Assembly: GCF_046349115.1 (NCBI RefSeq)
Contig: NZ_JAXMCX010000001.1
Location: 890,963 to 954,962 of the forward strand
DNA length: 64,000 bases
Direction: 5' to 3'
Origin: Methylocystis sp.
GTDB taxonomy: Bacteria; Pseudomonadota; Alphaproteobacteria; Rhizobiales; Beijerinckiaceae
Part shown: positions 35,744 through 44,643 of the stretch, piece after piece
How the letters are laid out: each line of letters starts with the position of its first letter
Position numbering within the stretch: the first letter of the stretch is position 1
Made by a program: the position numbers and the translations under genes
The notes under the pieces: generated by a model
Told to the model about the DNA's origin: nothing
Databases searched by the model: none
The model's input: only the letters and a program-made list of their open reading frames with translations

Positions 35744-36586
35744 CTACTTTCTTTGCGCCAGAAAAAGGAGAATACCGCATATCTCCGCGCCCAAAATCCC
35801 GTGCCGGCGTGACGATATGAATCTGATACGCGGGTCGGGAAAACCTGAGTTGCGCGCCTGGTCGAGAATGTCCCAGGCTGGAATGTTGAAGACAAGGCTT
35901 CCGCCCGAAGGATCGATTGGATTGCCGTGATATTCTGGCTCCGTTAGATGAACAATTTGACCGTCCCTTAGTTCGGCTTTCCTGACCGTTCTTGCCGACG
36001 CATACGCCATCGGGAACGTTCCAAAAAACAAGCCGCCCGGCGCGAGAATTCGATTTGCCTCAAGCAACGCGGCTTCGACGATCGGCACGTGTTCGAGCAC
36101 TTCGTTTGTAATATAGGCGTCGAAACTGCCGTCAGCGAAAGTGGTCGCCATCACGTCTTCGTGGCGAATCTCCGGATGCTTGGCGCGGTCTTCCGGCGTC
36201 GGCAAATATTCGCTGCCCTGATAAGCCACGAATCTGCGCATGACATTCGCGAAAGGCGACACCCATTCGGAAGCGTAAACGCTCAGTCGCGGGCCTTTGA
36301 CGAGCATTTCCTCGACGAGCGCCAGGCACACGGCGCGCAGCCGCGAATTCAGGCCTTCGGCGATCAATCCCTCGCGGTAATTGGCGCCGCCGATATCGAT
36401 TTTATCCGGAGGAATATAGCCCCAAAGGGGATCGATCAGACCGCCGCGCCGGATGTCGGCGACAATATTCGCGATATGCTGACTGTCGATCGCCCAGGCA
36501 TTGTCTCGCCGCCAGGCCATCCACTCGCCGAAAGAGCGAAACTCTAACGAAACTTCCATTGGGATCGTCGACGGAGCAGCATTCAT
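35744..36586 (-). CDS. Class I SAM-dependent methyltransferase
   Basis: 'FADGSFDAYITNEVLEHVP' and 'RILAPGG'. Confidence 0.8.
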   Translation of the reverse strand: MNAAPSTIPMEVSLEFRSFGEWMAWRRDNAWAIDSQHIANIVADIRRGGLIDPLWGYIPPDKIDIGGANYREGLIAEGLNSRLRAVCLALVEEMLVKGPRLSVYASEWVSPFANVMRRFVAYQGSEYLPTPEDRAKHPEIRHEDVMATTFADGSFDAYITNEVLEHVPIVEAALLEANRILAPGGLFFGTFPMAYASARTVRKAELRDGQIVHLTEPEYHGNPIDPSGGSLVFNIPAWDILDQARNSGFPDPRIRFISSRRHGILGAEICGILLFLAQRK

Positions 36587-37016
36587 TACTGTTTCTCCCC
36601 CACGCGTTCTTTCAGTTCGGCGAGCGGAAGATTGTCATAAGGGGCGCCAATGTCGATCGGCATTCTTGGGCATCCTGTTCAATGCGTCCTGACCGGTCGA
36701 TGAGCGCCGACGTCAAGCTCTGTTCCTATAGTAAGCGACCAACCGCAAGGACGCCGGCGACGACATAGCCAGGTATCGCGGAATGCCTCCTCTTCCGCGA
36801 TACCGTCGATAGCCGCAACTTCTGGTACATTCTCCGCCGGTAGACGATCGGCGCCGCTCTCTTAAGCGTCGCCGGCCGCGTCCAGCTGTCTAGCGAATTT
36901 CGTTCAAAACTCAGCGCCGTCAACATCAGTCGCGTCGAGCCTTGTAAGCGCTCCCCGGCGACCGGCGCTCGTCCATCTATAAAACTTTCCTAATCTCAGT
37001 TACTTGCATGTGTTTC

Positions 37017-37106
37017 TGGCGGAGACGGTGGGATTCGAACCCACGATAGGGTTTCCCCTATAACGATTTAGCAAACCGTCGCCTTCAGCCTCTCGGCCAC
37101 GTCTCC
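37017..37106 (-). tRNA. tRNA-Ser(GCT), 90 nt, long variable arm, encoded CCA
   Basis: The reverse complement folds as a cloverleaf: anticodon loop TTGCTAA, T-loop GGTTCGAATCC, 3' CCA. Confidence 0.97.
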
Positions 37107-37140
37107 GGCGTTCCGCGGTTTTCGGCGAAACGGCGCACGA

Positions 37141-37169
37141 CATATGGCAAAGGTCCGGCGGGATGGCAA
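37141..37169 (-). promoter_or_regulatory. Putative sigma70 promoter of tRNA-Ser
   Basis: TTGCCA-N17-CATATG on the minus strand, about 35 nt upstream of the tRNA. Confidence 0.4.
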
Positions 37170-37276
37170 GCGAAGCGCCTTCGGCGGCGGCGCGGCGCAT
37201 CGCCGGGATCGGCGCCATGCGCACGCCATATCTTTTCGATAATATTTGGAAAGTCGACGGTTCGCCGTCGCAAGCG

Positions 37277-37312
37277 AACGCCCCGACCTCGGATGTAAAG
37301 GCGGGGCGTTTT
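37277..37312. terminator. Strong hairpin, possible bidirectional intrinsic terminator
   Basis: Perfect 9-bp stem AACGCCCCG...CGGGGCGTT followed by TT. Confidence 0.45.
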
Positions 37313-37551
37313 GCGTTGGACCGGGGCGCGCCGGTCGTCGCCGCCTCGAAAACAGAAAGGCGGGCCGCGAAGGACCCGCCAGGAGTTGGCCGCAGGCGAC
37401 CGCTGCTTGGAAGCGACGCCCGCGGCGCGACGCACGATCTGAGTGCGCATCCTTGATAGCAGAGCCAGCTCTTGGCGGATTTGCTGCACTGTGTCTCGAT
37501 TGTTGCCGACGCCGCCTTCGAGCGAAATCGCCGCTTTGCGCGCGAGCGCGA

Positions 37552-37902
37552 TTACTCGATGCAGCGCGCCTGCGCGCCTGTGCGAAGATCCCTGAGTTGA
37601 GCGGTGACGCGTTCGCCGTCGTCGAGACGGAGGCTGACGATATTGTTGTAAAATCCCCAGCGGTAGTCGGTTTTCATCGGATACGACCGACCAGCGGAGA
37701 CATAGAAGCAATAGGTGCTGTATTGCGGATTGGCGCGCAGTGAAATCGAACAATGGATCGAATAGCGCAGCGGCGCGCAGGTCAAGGCCACGTCTTTCGA
37801 CGGCAGCATGAAATTATTGGCGCTCATCGCCCCGGCGGCGGCCGGTCCCGCCGTCATGCTCAGGGCTGCGCAAACCGCCGCGGTCACGGACATTTTTCGC
37901 AT
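37552..37902 (-). CDS. Small secreted hypothetical protein
   Basis: Signal peptide 'MRKMSVTAAVCAALSMTAGPAAA'; four Cys in the mature part; RBS GGAGG. Confidence 0.65.
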   Translation of the reverse strand: MRKMSVTAAVCAALSMTAGPAAAGAMSANNFMLPSKDVALTCAPLRYSIHCSISLRANPQYSTYCFYVSAGRSYPMKTDYRWGFYNNIVSLRLDDGERVTAQLRDLRTGAQARCIE

Positions 37903-38142
37903 ATGAGGCCTCCACGATGACGCGCTATGCCGACACAGCGCCGGCGACGGTCCCTCGCTCGGTCGAGCGCGCGCAAGCGTTGCGCTGGAAACCGATTCTG
38001 CTCCTCCCGGACGTTTCGAACAAGTCGTCGCCGCGCTCGAGCTTCGCGCACTGGCGGCGCGGAGCTGCCAGCCTGCTCGAATTATGCTAAAATCACTCTC
38101 TGGCGCGCCTCGCGCCGGGCAAGTCAGCCCGAGGGGGCGACG

Positions 38143-38418
38143 ATGAAAAATGCGTTGTGTTCTTGCGTACCGCCGCCGGTTGGGTGGAGCGTCAACCGGC
38201 GAACGCATCCCGCGATCGCTCAAGCGATTTTCGCTCTGTCCAGCGACGCACGAAGTCCCGAAGCGATTTGGGAGACGCCGACGCCGGACGAATGGCGAAA
38301 GATTTCCGAACTCGTGGCCGAATATGTCGAGGATGGCGATTTCGCCTTCGACAATGGCAAATTCGCCTGGGGACCGTTCGAAACTCTTCGCCTATGGCCG
38401 ATGCGGCGCGATGGTTGA
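38143..38418 (+). CDS. Hypothetical protein
   Basis: RBS GAGGGGG; natural-looking composition, acidic and Trp-rich. Confidence 0.65.
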   Translation: MKNALCSCVPPPVGWSVNRRTHPAIAQAIFALSSDARSPEAIWETPTPDEWRKISELVAEYVEDGDFAFDNGKFAWGPFETLRLWPMRRDG

Positions 38419-38439
38419 GATAAGCCCAGTCGCCGGCGA

Positions 38440-39258
38440 TCAGTAAGGCGGGAACATCGGCGGCGGCGGGAAGGGACGCGGCATGAATCCATTGAGCTCC
38501 CGAGCGAATTGACGCTGGCGCGGCGGCGGAGCATGCGACTGCCCATTTGCGTTCCCGATAATTTCGCCGCTCTCGGTGACGACGATCCAGCGGCCGGCGC
38601 GCTCCTTGATGGCGATGACGCGCCCCACGCCGGGCACGACTTCGCCGGGTTCGACGCCGATCATGCCGCTGTCGGATTCAATCAGCGCGGCGCCCTGAAA
38701 TACGTCGCGCACTCTGTAGCCGCTCACCACTTTCGGGGCCGGCGCGATCGACTGGACGGGCGTCATGTCGATCTTGGCGCTCTCCAGCTTGGCGGCGCGA
38801 GCGACTTTCGCATCGGGCTTTTCTGACGGACGCTGCGGGGAGGCGGCCGCTTCCGACGCGCCGACGGCGGCCTTGTCCTGCGCAGGCGGCGGCGCGCTGG
38901 CGGCCTGGGCGCTGAGCCGGTCGGCCTGTTGCCGTTTCTCCACGGCGTCGAGTTTCGCGCGCAGCTCCTGCACTTCGCCCTGGAGAGACGCGATTCGATT
39001 TTTCGTCGCTTCGTCCAGCGCCGGAGTCGCCGCCTGGGGCGCACGCGCCTCGACTTTTTCGGTCGCCGGCTGTTTGGGACGGTCGGCGGGATAAAAATGC
39101 GTGGCGGCTACTCCGGCCAAGCCGATCGCAGCCGCGATCAGGCCATAGCGGAGCGGCCGACGCTGACGGCGATCGATGACGATTTCAACCGGCACTTTGG
39201 CCGGCGCGCGGCTCCCTTTCGGCTGCGGCGGCTCCGGCGGAATAATGAGGTCGTTCAT
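38440..39258 (-). CDS. Membrane-anchored hypothetical protein (TM, coiled coil, Pro/Ala linker, C-terminal beta domain)
   Basis: TM 'YGLIAAAIGLAGVAA', coiled coil 'NRIASLQGEVQELRAKLDAVEKRQ' and C-terminal 'GYRVRDV...GVGRVIAI...GRWIVVT'. Confidence 0.75.
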   Translation of the reverse strand: MNDLIIPPEPPQPKGSRAPAKVPVEIVIDRRQRRPLRYGLIAAAIGLAGVAATHFYPADRPKQPATEKVEARAPQAATPALDEATKNRIASLQGEVQELRAKLDAVEKRQQADRLSAQAASAPPPAQDKAAVGASEAAASPQRPSEKPDAKVARAAKLESAKIDMTPVQSIAPAPKVVSGYRVRDVFQGAALIESDSGMIGVEPGEVVPGVGRVIAIKERAGRWIVVTESGEIIGNANGQSHAPPPRQRQFARELNGFMPRPFPPPPMFPPY

Positions 39259-39374
39259 ACGCGAGTCCTGCCGTCGGAAACGAAGGAAATCGCAAGCTGC
39301 GCCTCAATCGCGGCGAAATGTCGTCAATCCTCGCCGGTGCGCGGCGAGCGGCGCGGCCGCGTATCGCCTGGCGA

Positions 39375-39815
39375 TTATTTCACCGGATACGGGGCGGGCC
39401 GGGCGAGCGGCGGCGGACCCGGCGACGCCGTGATCACCGTCAGGAGTCGCTCCATGAAGCAGTGCGAATCATATGGCTCGACGCCCCGGTTGCAATCTGG
39501 ATCGGGAATATAGAGCGGGGGCTGCAGCCTGTCGGAGAGGGCGGTGCAGACAGGGTCCGTATAGGGGCTTCCGACATTGTCCAACACGATCGGGTGGCCG
39601 CATCGGTCGACGGTCGGCGCCGGCGCCGCGCCTGCGGGCGTCGGCGCGGGGATCGCCTGCCTTTGCTTCGCCTCGGCGGCGCCGGACAGCGCGACCGCGA
39701 GCAGAATGGCGGCGAGCGCGCCGCTGTTGAGGCCGATCCAGGCGCCTTGAAGCTTGAGTCTTCCGACGCGCCCGGCCGAGGCCTTAAGTCGCGCGCGGTT
39801 CAGCGGGATGCTCAT
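39375..39815 (-). CDS. Possible secreted Pro/Cys-rich hypothetical protein
   Basis: Signal-like 'ALAAILLAVALSGAAEA'; four Cys; start uncertain. Confidence 0.5.
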   Translation of the reverse strand: MSIPLNRARLKASAGRVGRLKLQGAWIGLNSGALAAILLAVALSGAAEAKQRQAIPAPTPAGAAPAPTVDRCGHPIVLDNVGSPYTDPVCTALSDRLQPPLYIPDPDCNRGVEPYDSHCFMERLLTVITASPGPPPLARPAPYPVK

Positions 39816-40136
39816 GACGCTCCTCTCGAAATCGCGCGCCGGTCAGGATCGGCGGCGCCGTTCTCGCTCAGCCAATATAGCCGATATTCGGCCGCGCCTC
39901 GTCAAGACCGGCCTCTCCTCGGCACGACGTCGCTGCGGCGCCAAAAGCGCTTCCTCCACGGGAGCGTCGACCCAGCGTCCATTGTTGCGCGGCTGCCACA
40001 GTCGCCCAGAAAGCGCGCTTGGGGGGCTAAAAACCAGTCATATCCTTTGACTGTGTAGCAGGTTTCTTTCTACCAACTTGGCCTCAGGCGAATCTCGCCG
40101 CGCGCTCAAATTGATAACTCATTAGGAGGAAGGTAC

Positions 40137-40892
40137 ATGAAAAAGGCAATCCTTGCTGCCTCGGCCTTAGCGCTGATAGCCGGATCGGCGATGGCCGCCG
40201 ACCTTCCGTCTTACAAAGCGCCCCCGCCGCCCCCGCCGCCGCCGCTTATCACCTGGACGGGCCTCTATGGCGGTTTGAACTTCGGCGTCGGTTTTTACGA
40301 TACCAATTCGTCGAATGCGTGGGGCGCCGGCTTTAACAATCATGGCGGCAGCCGCGCGGGCGTCGTCGGCGGCGGCCAGATCGGCTACAATTACCAGGTC
40401 ACGCCGATGTTCCTCGTGGGCGTCGAGACCGATTTCCAGGGCACGAGCATCGGCTCCGGCGCCGGCGGCAACACCTACAACTGGTTCTTCGGCCTGCCTC
40501 CGGTGACGACGGCGACGCTGAACTGGTTCGGCACGGTTCGCGGCCGCGCCGGCCTGACGCTGCTCAATTCGAAGGTGCTGATCTACGGCACGGGCGGCTT
40601 CGCCTATGGCGAAGTGCAGCGCAACGGCTGGTGGAACCAGAACAGCGCGGTGCAGACGGGCTGGACCGTCGGCGGCGGCGGCGAGTGGATGGTCATTCCG
40701 AACTGGTCGCTCAAGCTCGAATATCTTTACACGCAGATCAGCGGCAACGGGAACAACAACGGCGGCTGGTTCTTCAACCCGGGCTGGGGCCTCAACAGCA
40801 CCAACAACCGCACGCGCTTCCACACGATCCGCGCCGGCGTGAACTATCACTTCAACTTCGGCGCCCCGGCGCCGGTGCTGGCGAAATACTGA
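40137..40892 (+). CDS. Omp25/RopB-type outer membrane beta-barrel protein
   Basis: RBS AGGAGG; 'MKK...AMAADLPSYKAPPPPP', 'WTGLYGGLNFG', 'GWTVGGGGEW', 'WSLKLEYLY' and 'RAGVNYHF'. Confidence 0.93.
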   Translation: MKKAILAASALALIAGSAMAADLPSYKAPPPPPPPPLITWTGLYGGLNFGVGFYDTNSSNAWGAGFNNHGGSRAGVVGGGQIGYNYQVTPMFLVGVETDFQGTSIGSGAGGNTYNWFFGLPPVTTATLNWFGTVRGRAGLTLLNSKVLIYGTGGFAYGEVQRNGWWNQNSAVQTGWTVGGGGEWMVIPNWSLKLEYLYTQISGNGNNNGGWFFNPGWGLNSTNNRTRFHTIRAGVNYHFNFGAPAPVLAKY

Positions 40893-40920
40893 TCGATTGC
40901 TTCGAGTAGATTGATCGAGG

Positions 40921-40952
40921 AAAGCCCGGCCCGACGGCCGGGCTTTTCTTTT
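40921..40952 (+). terminator. Intrinsic terminator of the omp gene
   Basis: AAAGCCCGGCC-cgac-GGCCGGGCTTT followed by TCTTTT. Confidence 0.88.
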
Positions 40953-41369
40953 GTCGACGGCTTTCTGTGAAGAATGGCGATCGTCGCGCCGCGGCCGGAT
41001 TTCGAAAGGCCGCAGGCGGCAGCGACGAAGGCGGCCAATCTTGCGGGCGGGTGTTCACGGCTGCGCCGCTTTTTTTCCAGTGTCGACGACGGCGCCGCGC
41101 TCAGCCTGACTTGCGCGTTTCGAACTGCGCAAGCAATCGACGGCGAATCCTCTGACAACCGAAATGAATCACGACATTGGGCTTATTGCGCCGAATGGCG
41201 CGCCTGAGGCGCCGATCAACTCCGTTGTCGGGGGAGCTTCTCAGCAGATTAATTTGGACGACGCCAGCTCAGGAGATCGGCCGGATGCTGACCTCGATGC
41301 GGTCGTGCGCCCATGCGCGAAATCGAAAGACTTCATTGGGTTCGCGCATCGATGCAGCCGATGGAGCGT

Positions 41370-41651
41370 TCACGGCTTCCGGGCGCTGATCGATTCGAGT
41401 TCGAAGCGGGTAGTTCTGAAAAATCCCCTTCCTCCCGCACGCGTTAGATATTTTTGGCCGATGGCTGAGCAAAGCAATTTGAACCAATCATCTTCGCTCA
41501 AAAGGGGGGGAAGGTTGCTGATATGCCCGATCGATCCGTCCGGTCGGAAACGGATGTGAACAAGAACAGGATTGGCGGCCTCGCTCTCATCGCCTTTTGG
41601 TGCGGTTGGCGACGTCTCGGCGCTGACGCGAAGTGAGCTGATTGCAGCCAT
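41370..41651 (-). CDS. 93-aa hypothetical protein downstream of a ModE-type box
   Basis: RBS GGTAGGAG; globular-looking core 'VLVHIRFRPDG...WF..L...GGRGFFR'. Confidence 0.65.
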   Translation of the reverse strand: MAAISSLRVSAETSPTAPKGDESEAANPVLVHIRFRPDGSIGHISNLPPLLSEDDWFKLLCSAIGQKYLTRAGGRGFFRTTRFELESISARKP

Positions 41652-41689
41652 CTCGTGTGGTCTCCTACCGCGGCTCTCAACCGCCGCTC

Positions 41690-41718
41690 ATCGTTAAGTA
41701 GTAAGTGTATATAACGAT
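41690..41718. promoter_or_regulatory. ModE/Mo-box-type operator 1
   Basis: ATCGTTAAGTA-GTAAGTG-TATATAACGAT compared with the ModE/MopAB consensus ATCGCTATATA-N6/7-TATATAACGAT: right half exact, and the outer CATCGTTA/TAACGATG is a perfect 8-bp inverted repeat. Confidence 0.8.
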
Positions 41719-42140
41719 GCTCCGTAAACAAGCTTAATTTTTAGGCGGTTTGTTTCGTTTGAAGGGGAAAATGACGCGGGGATTCTTCTGTCGCAGCTCA
41801 TCGTGGCGATCTTCTCGAAAAGCTGAGTTCCACCGGTCGGCCCTTGGATTGCCCGCCGTCGGCGCGTGCCGTCGAGCAATGATGTGGGGGGGGCCGTCTC
41901 GCACTTGCGAGTGAAAGACGCTCCGACCAATCGAAGCATCAGCAGCCCGTTGTTGCAGCGGTTCCGTGTCAGCTCTTCGCCGATCAATATTGAATCGGCG
42001 CTGACGCGACGGCCGATTCCTCGCGTCGAGTAAAACATGGGCGATTTGCCTGCGCGAACGACATAATGTTGCGGTTCGGCAACACTCATAAACAACTGAA
42101 AGAAGCTCGAATTATATGCTTGCGGCGCAGCCTCGGATCG

Positions 42141-42165
42141 CGGTGTATATATGAAATATATAGCG
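42141..42165. promoter_or_regulatory. ModE/Mo-box-type operator 2
   Basis: CGGTGTATA-TATGAAA-TATATAGCG, the same 25-bp CG..CG core with a 7-bp spacer; ends 30 bp before the TBDT ATG. Confidence 0.65.
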
Positions 42166-42194
42166 TATAATAAATACGCGACCGAGGGGCTCAA

Positions 42195-44549
42195 ATGGTT
42201 CGCATCCGAAAACTCCGTAAACGCAATATCGGCGCCGTCGGGGCGGCCGTTTCGCTCGTGGCGCTGCTTTGCGCACAGGGCGCGAGGGCGCAATCGACTT
42301 TGCCGACGATCACCATCGGCGCGAGCGGCGGCGAAAACGACGCCGCTCCTGCGCCTCAGTCCGGGTCACGCGGTCCAACCCCGAAGCGAAGTCCGATTAT
42401 CGGCGTCGCGCCGGAGTCGCCCTCGACGACCTATCGCGTCGATAGTCGGGGCATTCAACTTGCGACGGGCGGCGGCGGAACCAATCCAATCCGAGCGGTC
42501 GGCTATCTTCCATCCGTGGATGCGCCGCCGATCGATCCCTACGGACTTGCGAATCTACCCGGCAGCTTCAAAGGCATACGCATCCGCGGCGAGGTGAGCC
42601 AGCATGGCAACAGCATCACGCTCGTCGACGGACTGCCGATTAACGGCATCAATCCCGGACCTGGCTCGACGATGATGATCGACAGCGAAAATCTGTCGAG
42701 GATTGAACTCTACCAGGGACCCGTGCCGTCAAACATCAATTCCTACTTCACGCTGCCCGGGGTGATCGACACGCGCATCAGATGGAGTTCCGACAAATTC
42801 GGCGCCGAAGCCTCTCAGTCCGTCGGTTCGGTGAGTTTTCTGAGAACTTTTGCGCGCATCGACTCGGGGGCGTTCCTCAATGGCACGACCAAGTTCTTTC
42901 TTTCCGGCTCCTGGACGGACGCCCATGCCTGGCGCGGGCCGGGCAAAGCGCCGCAGGGAAAGGCCAGCTTCGCAGTGGGCATTGAAACGCGGCCGACCGA
43001 TTTTTTCGAGGCCAAGGTCTTCATCGCCAAGAGCAATTATAACGCCAATACCTACGCCGGTCTGAACTACAATCAGGTGACCTTCCTCGGCGCCAACCGT
43101 TTCTATAATTTCCTTCCCGTATCAAGCAGCGTTCCGGCCTGGGCCGTCAACTACTACAACTACAATATGCAGTCCTTCGACAGTTGGACCGCGCTCGGCG
43201 AATTCACGGTGAGGTTCAATGATGCGACGCGTCTCGTCGTCAAGCCCTATTATTTCCGGGAGGATGGATACTATCTCGACGGCATGGCGAACGGCATGGT
43301 TCGCAATTGGCTGATCAATCACGACAGCTACGGGGTCACGAGCGAGCTGCAATCGCGCATTCTGGAAACGGACGTCACGATTGGCCACTGGTATGGCGTG
43401 CAGAACCTGCCAGGACCGCCGAACGCCTGGCAGATGTATGCGCCGAACGCGTTTGGCGGATTGACGAACCCAAATTGGTCAATCCTCGCCCAGCAGACGG
43501 GGTCTCATGTCAATAACTCGGCCTATGGCGTCGCTACGCGTAATTTCGGGCCGCTGCGCGCCACCGGGGGCTTCCGCTATAATTGGGAGACGATGGCCGG
43601 CATAGACGAGCGCACGGCGACGGGACTTGGCGCATTTCCCTACAATCTGGCGCTCGCTCTGTCGCCAAGCATCATTCCGACGCGCAGCGTCGACAGCTTC
43701 ACCGTCGGAACGGCGCTGCCCTTCGGGGCGCTGAGCTACGACGTCACCGACAATCTGCAGTTCAGAGTAAGCGGCGGCGGCGGCTATGGCGGGCCCTCCT
43801 TCGATGTGTGGCCTGCCTATCAGCAGAACTCCGCCACTTTCCTCAAGAACGGATTAACCGCCAATCAGGTTTGGCGGTCGATGCGGCCGGAAACGGCGGC
43901 AATGGTCGACGCCGGCGCGCGTTGGACATTCGATGAATGGTTCGGAGCGGGCTATATCCAGCCGATCGCGTATTATTCGCGCAATCACCACAAGGCCGTC
44001 ATCTACGACCCCGGCATCGGAACCCCATATGGGCAGAACGTCGGCGAAAGCGAAAATTACGGCGCCCAGGCCATCGGGCAAATTTCTCCGATCGAGGGAA
44101 TCGACCTGTTCGGCTCCGTCGGCTATCAGCGCGCCGTCTTTGTCCAGGATCTTCCCTCCTTCGCGACCGCATCCTTGCTCACGCGCTTCAATAACCAGGT
44201 GAACGGACGGCAATTGCCTGACGTTCCCCACTGGATTTCAACGGTGGGCGGCAATCTGAGGTTTTTGGACTTTATCGTCACCCCGATCGTCCACATCGTC
44301 AGTTCGCGTTCCGGCGACACGACCGGGCTCCAGCCGATCGCCGGCTATGCGACGCTGGATCTAAATTTCGGCTATGAAAAGAACGTGGGCTTCGGGACGC
44401 TTAACGCCAGTCTGGCTGTCTTAAACGTCTTCGACACGGCCTATATCGGACAGATCAGCAACGGTTATTATCAGCAGACGTCGAGCTCGGGAATTTACTT
44501 TCCTGGCGCGCCGCGCACGATCATGGCGAAGATCGGATATCGCTTCTGA
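42195..44549 (+). CDS. TonB-dependent outer membrane receptor
   Basis: Signal peptide ending ARA; TonB-box-like 'STLPTITIG'; plug motif 'IRIRG...TLVDGLPIN'; 'NLRFLD...GYATLDLNFGY', 'VLNVFD' and 'PGAPRT'; C-terminal 'IGYRF'. Confidence 0.93.
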   Translation: MVRIRKLRKRNIGAVGAAVSLVALLCAQGARAQSTLPTITIGASGGENDAAPAPQSGSRGPTPKRSPIIGVAPESPSTTYRVDSRGIQLATGGGGTNPIRAVGYLPSVDAPPIDPYGLANLPGSFKGIRIRGEVSQHGNSITLVDGLPINGINPGPGSTMMIDSENLSRIELYQGPVPSNINSYFTLPGVIDTRIRWSSDKFGAEASQSVGSVSFLRTFARIDSGAFLNGTTKFFLSGSWTDAHAWRGPGKAPQGKASFAVGIETRPTDFFEAKVFIAKSNYNANTYAGLNYNQVTFLGANRFYNFLPVSSSVPAWAVNYYNYNMQSFDSWTALGEFTVRFNDATRLVVKPYYFREDGYYLDGMANGMVRNWLINHDSYGVTSELQSRILETDVTIGHWYGVQNLPGPPNAWQMYAPNAFGGLTNPNWSILAQQTGSHVNNSAYGVATRNFGPLRATGGFRYNWETMAGIDERTATGLGAFPYNLALALSPSIIPTRSVDSFTVGTALPFGALSYDVTDNLQFRVSGGGGYGGPSFDVWPAYQQNSATFLKNGLTANQVWRSMRPETAAMVDAGARWTFDEWFGAGYIQPIAYYSRNHHKAVIYDPGIGTPYGQNVGESENYGAQAIGQISPIEGIDLFGSVGYQRAVFVQDLPSFATASLLTRFNNQVNGRQLPDVPHWISTVGGNLRFLDFIVTPIVHIVSSRSGDTTGLQPIAGYATLDLNFGYEKNVGFGTLNASLAVLNVFDTAYIGQISNGYYQQTSSSGIYFPGAPRTIMAKIGYRF

Positions 44550-44643
44550 GGCGGCTCGTAGGGCGGCGAGCTCGACCAATGCGTGAGCCGGCGGCGCGGC
44601 AATGACCGCGCCGGCCTGCGGCGCCTAACGCAAGGCTGGGGTT

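Noticed and set aside
36598-36680. 25-aa ORF (MPIDIGAPYDNLPLAELKERVGEKQ) directly upstream of the 35744 MTase
   Set aside because: Too short to support; could be a gene relic or a chance ORF.
40137-40892. Poly-Pro linker and Asn/Trp-rich loops in the outer membrane protein
   Set aside because: Typical of Omp25/RopB-type porins in this order; not unusual.
41694-42293. 199-aa minus-strand ORF across the Mo-box region
   Set aside because: It overlaps both operators and the TBDT start, with atypical composition; better explained as regulatory DNA.
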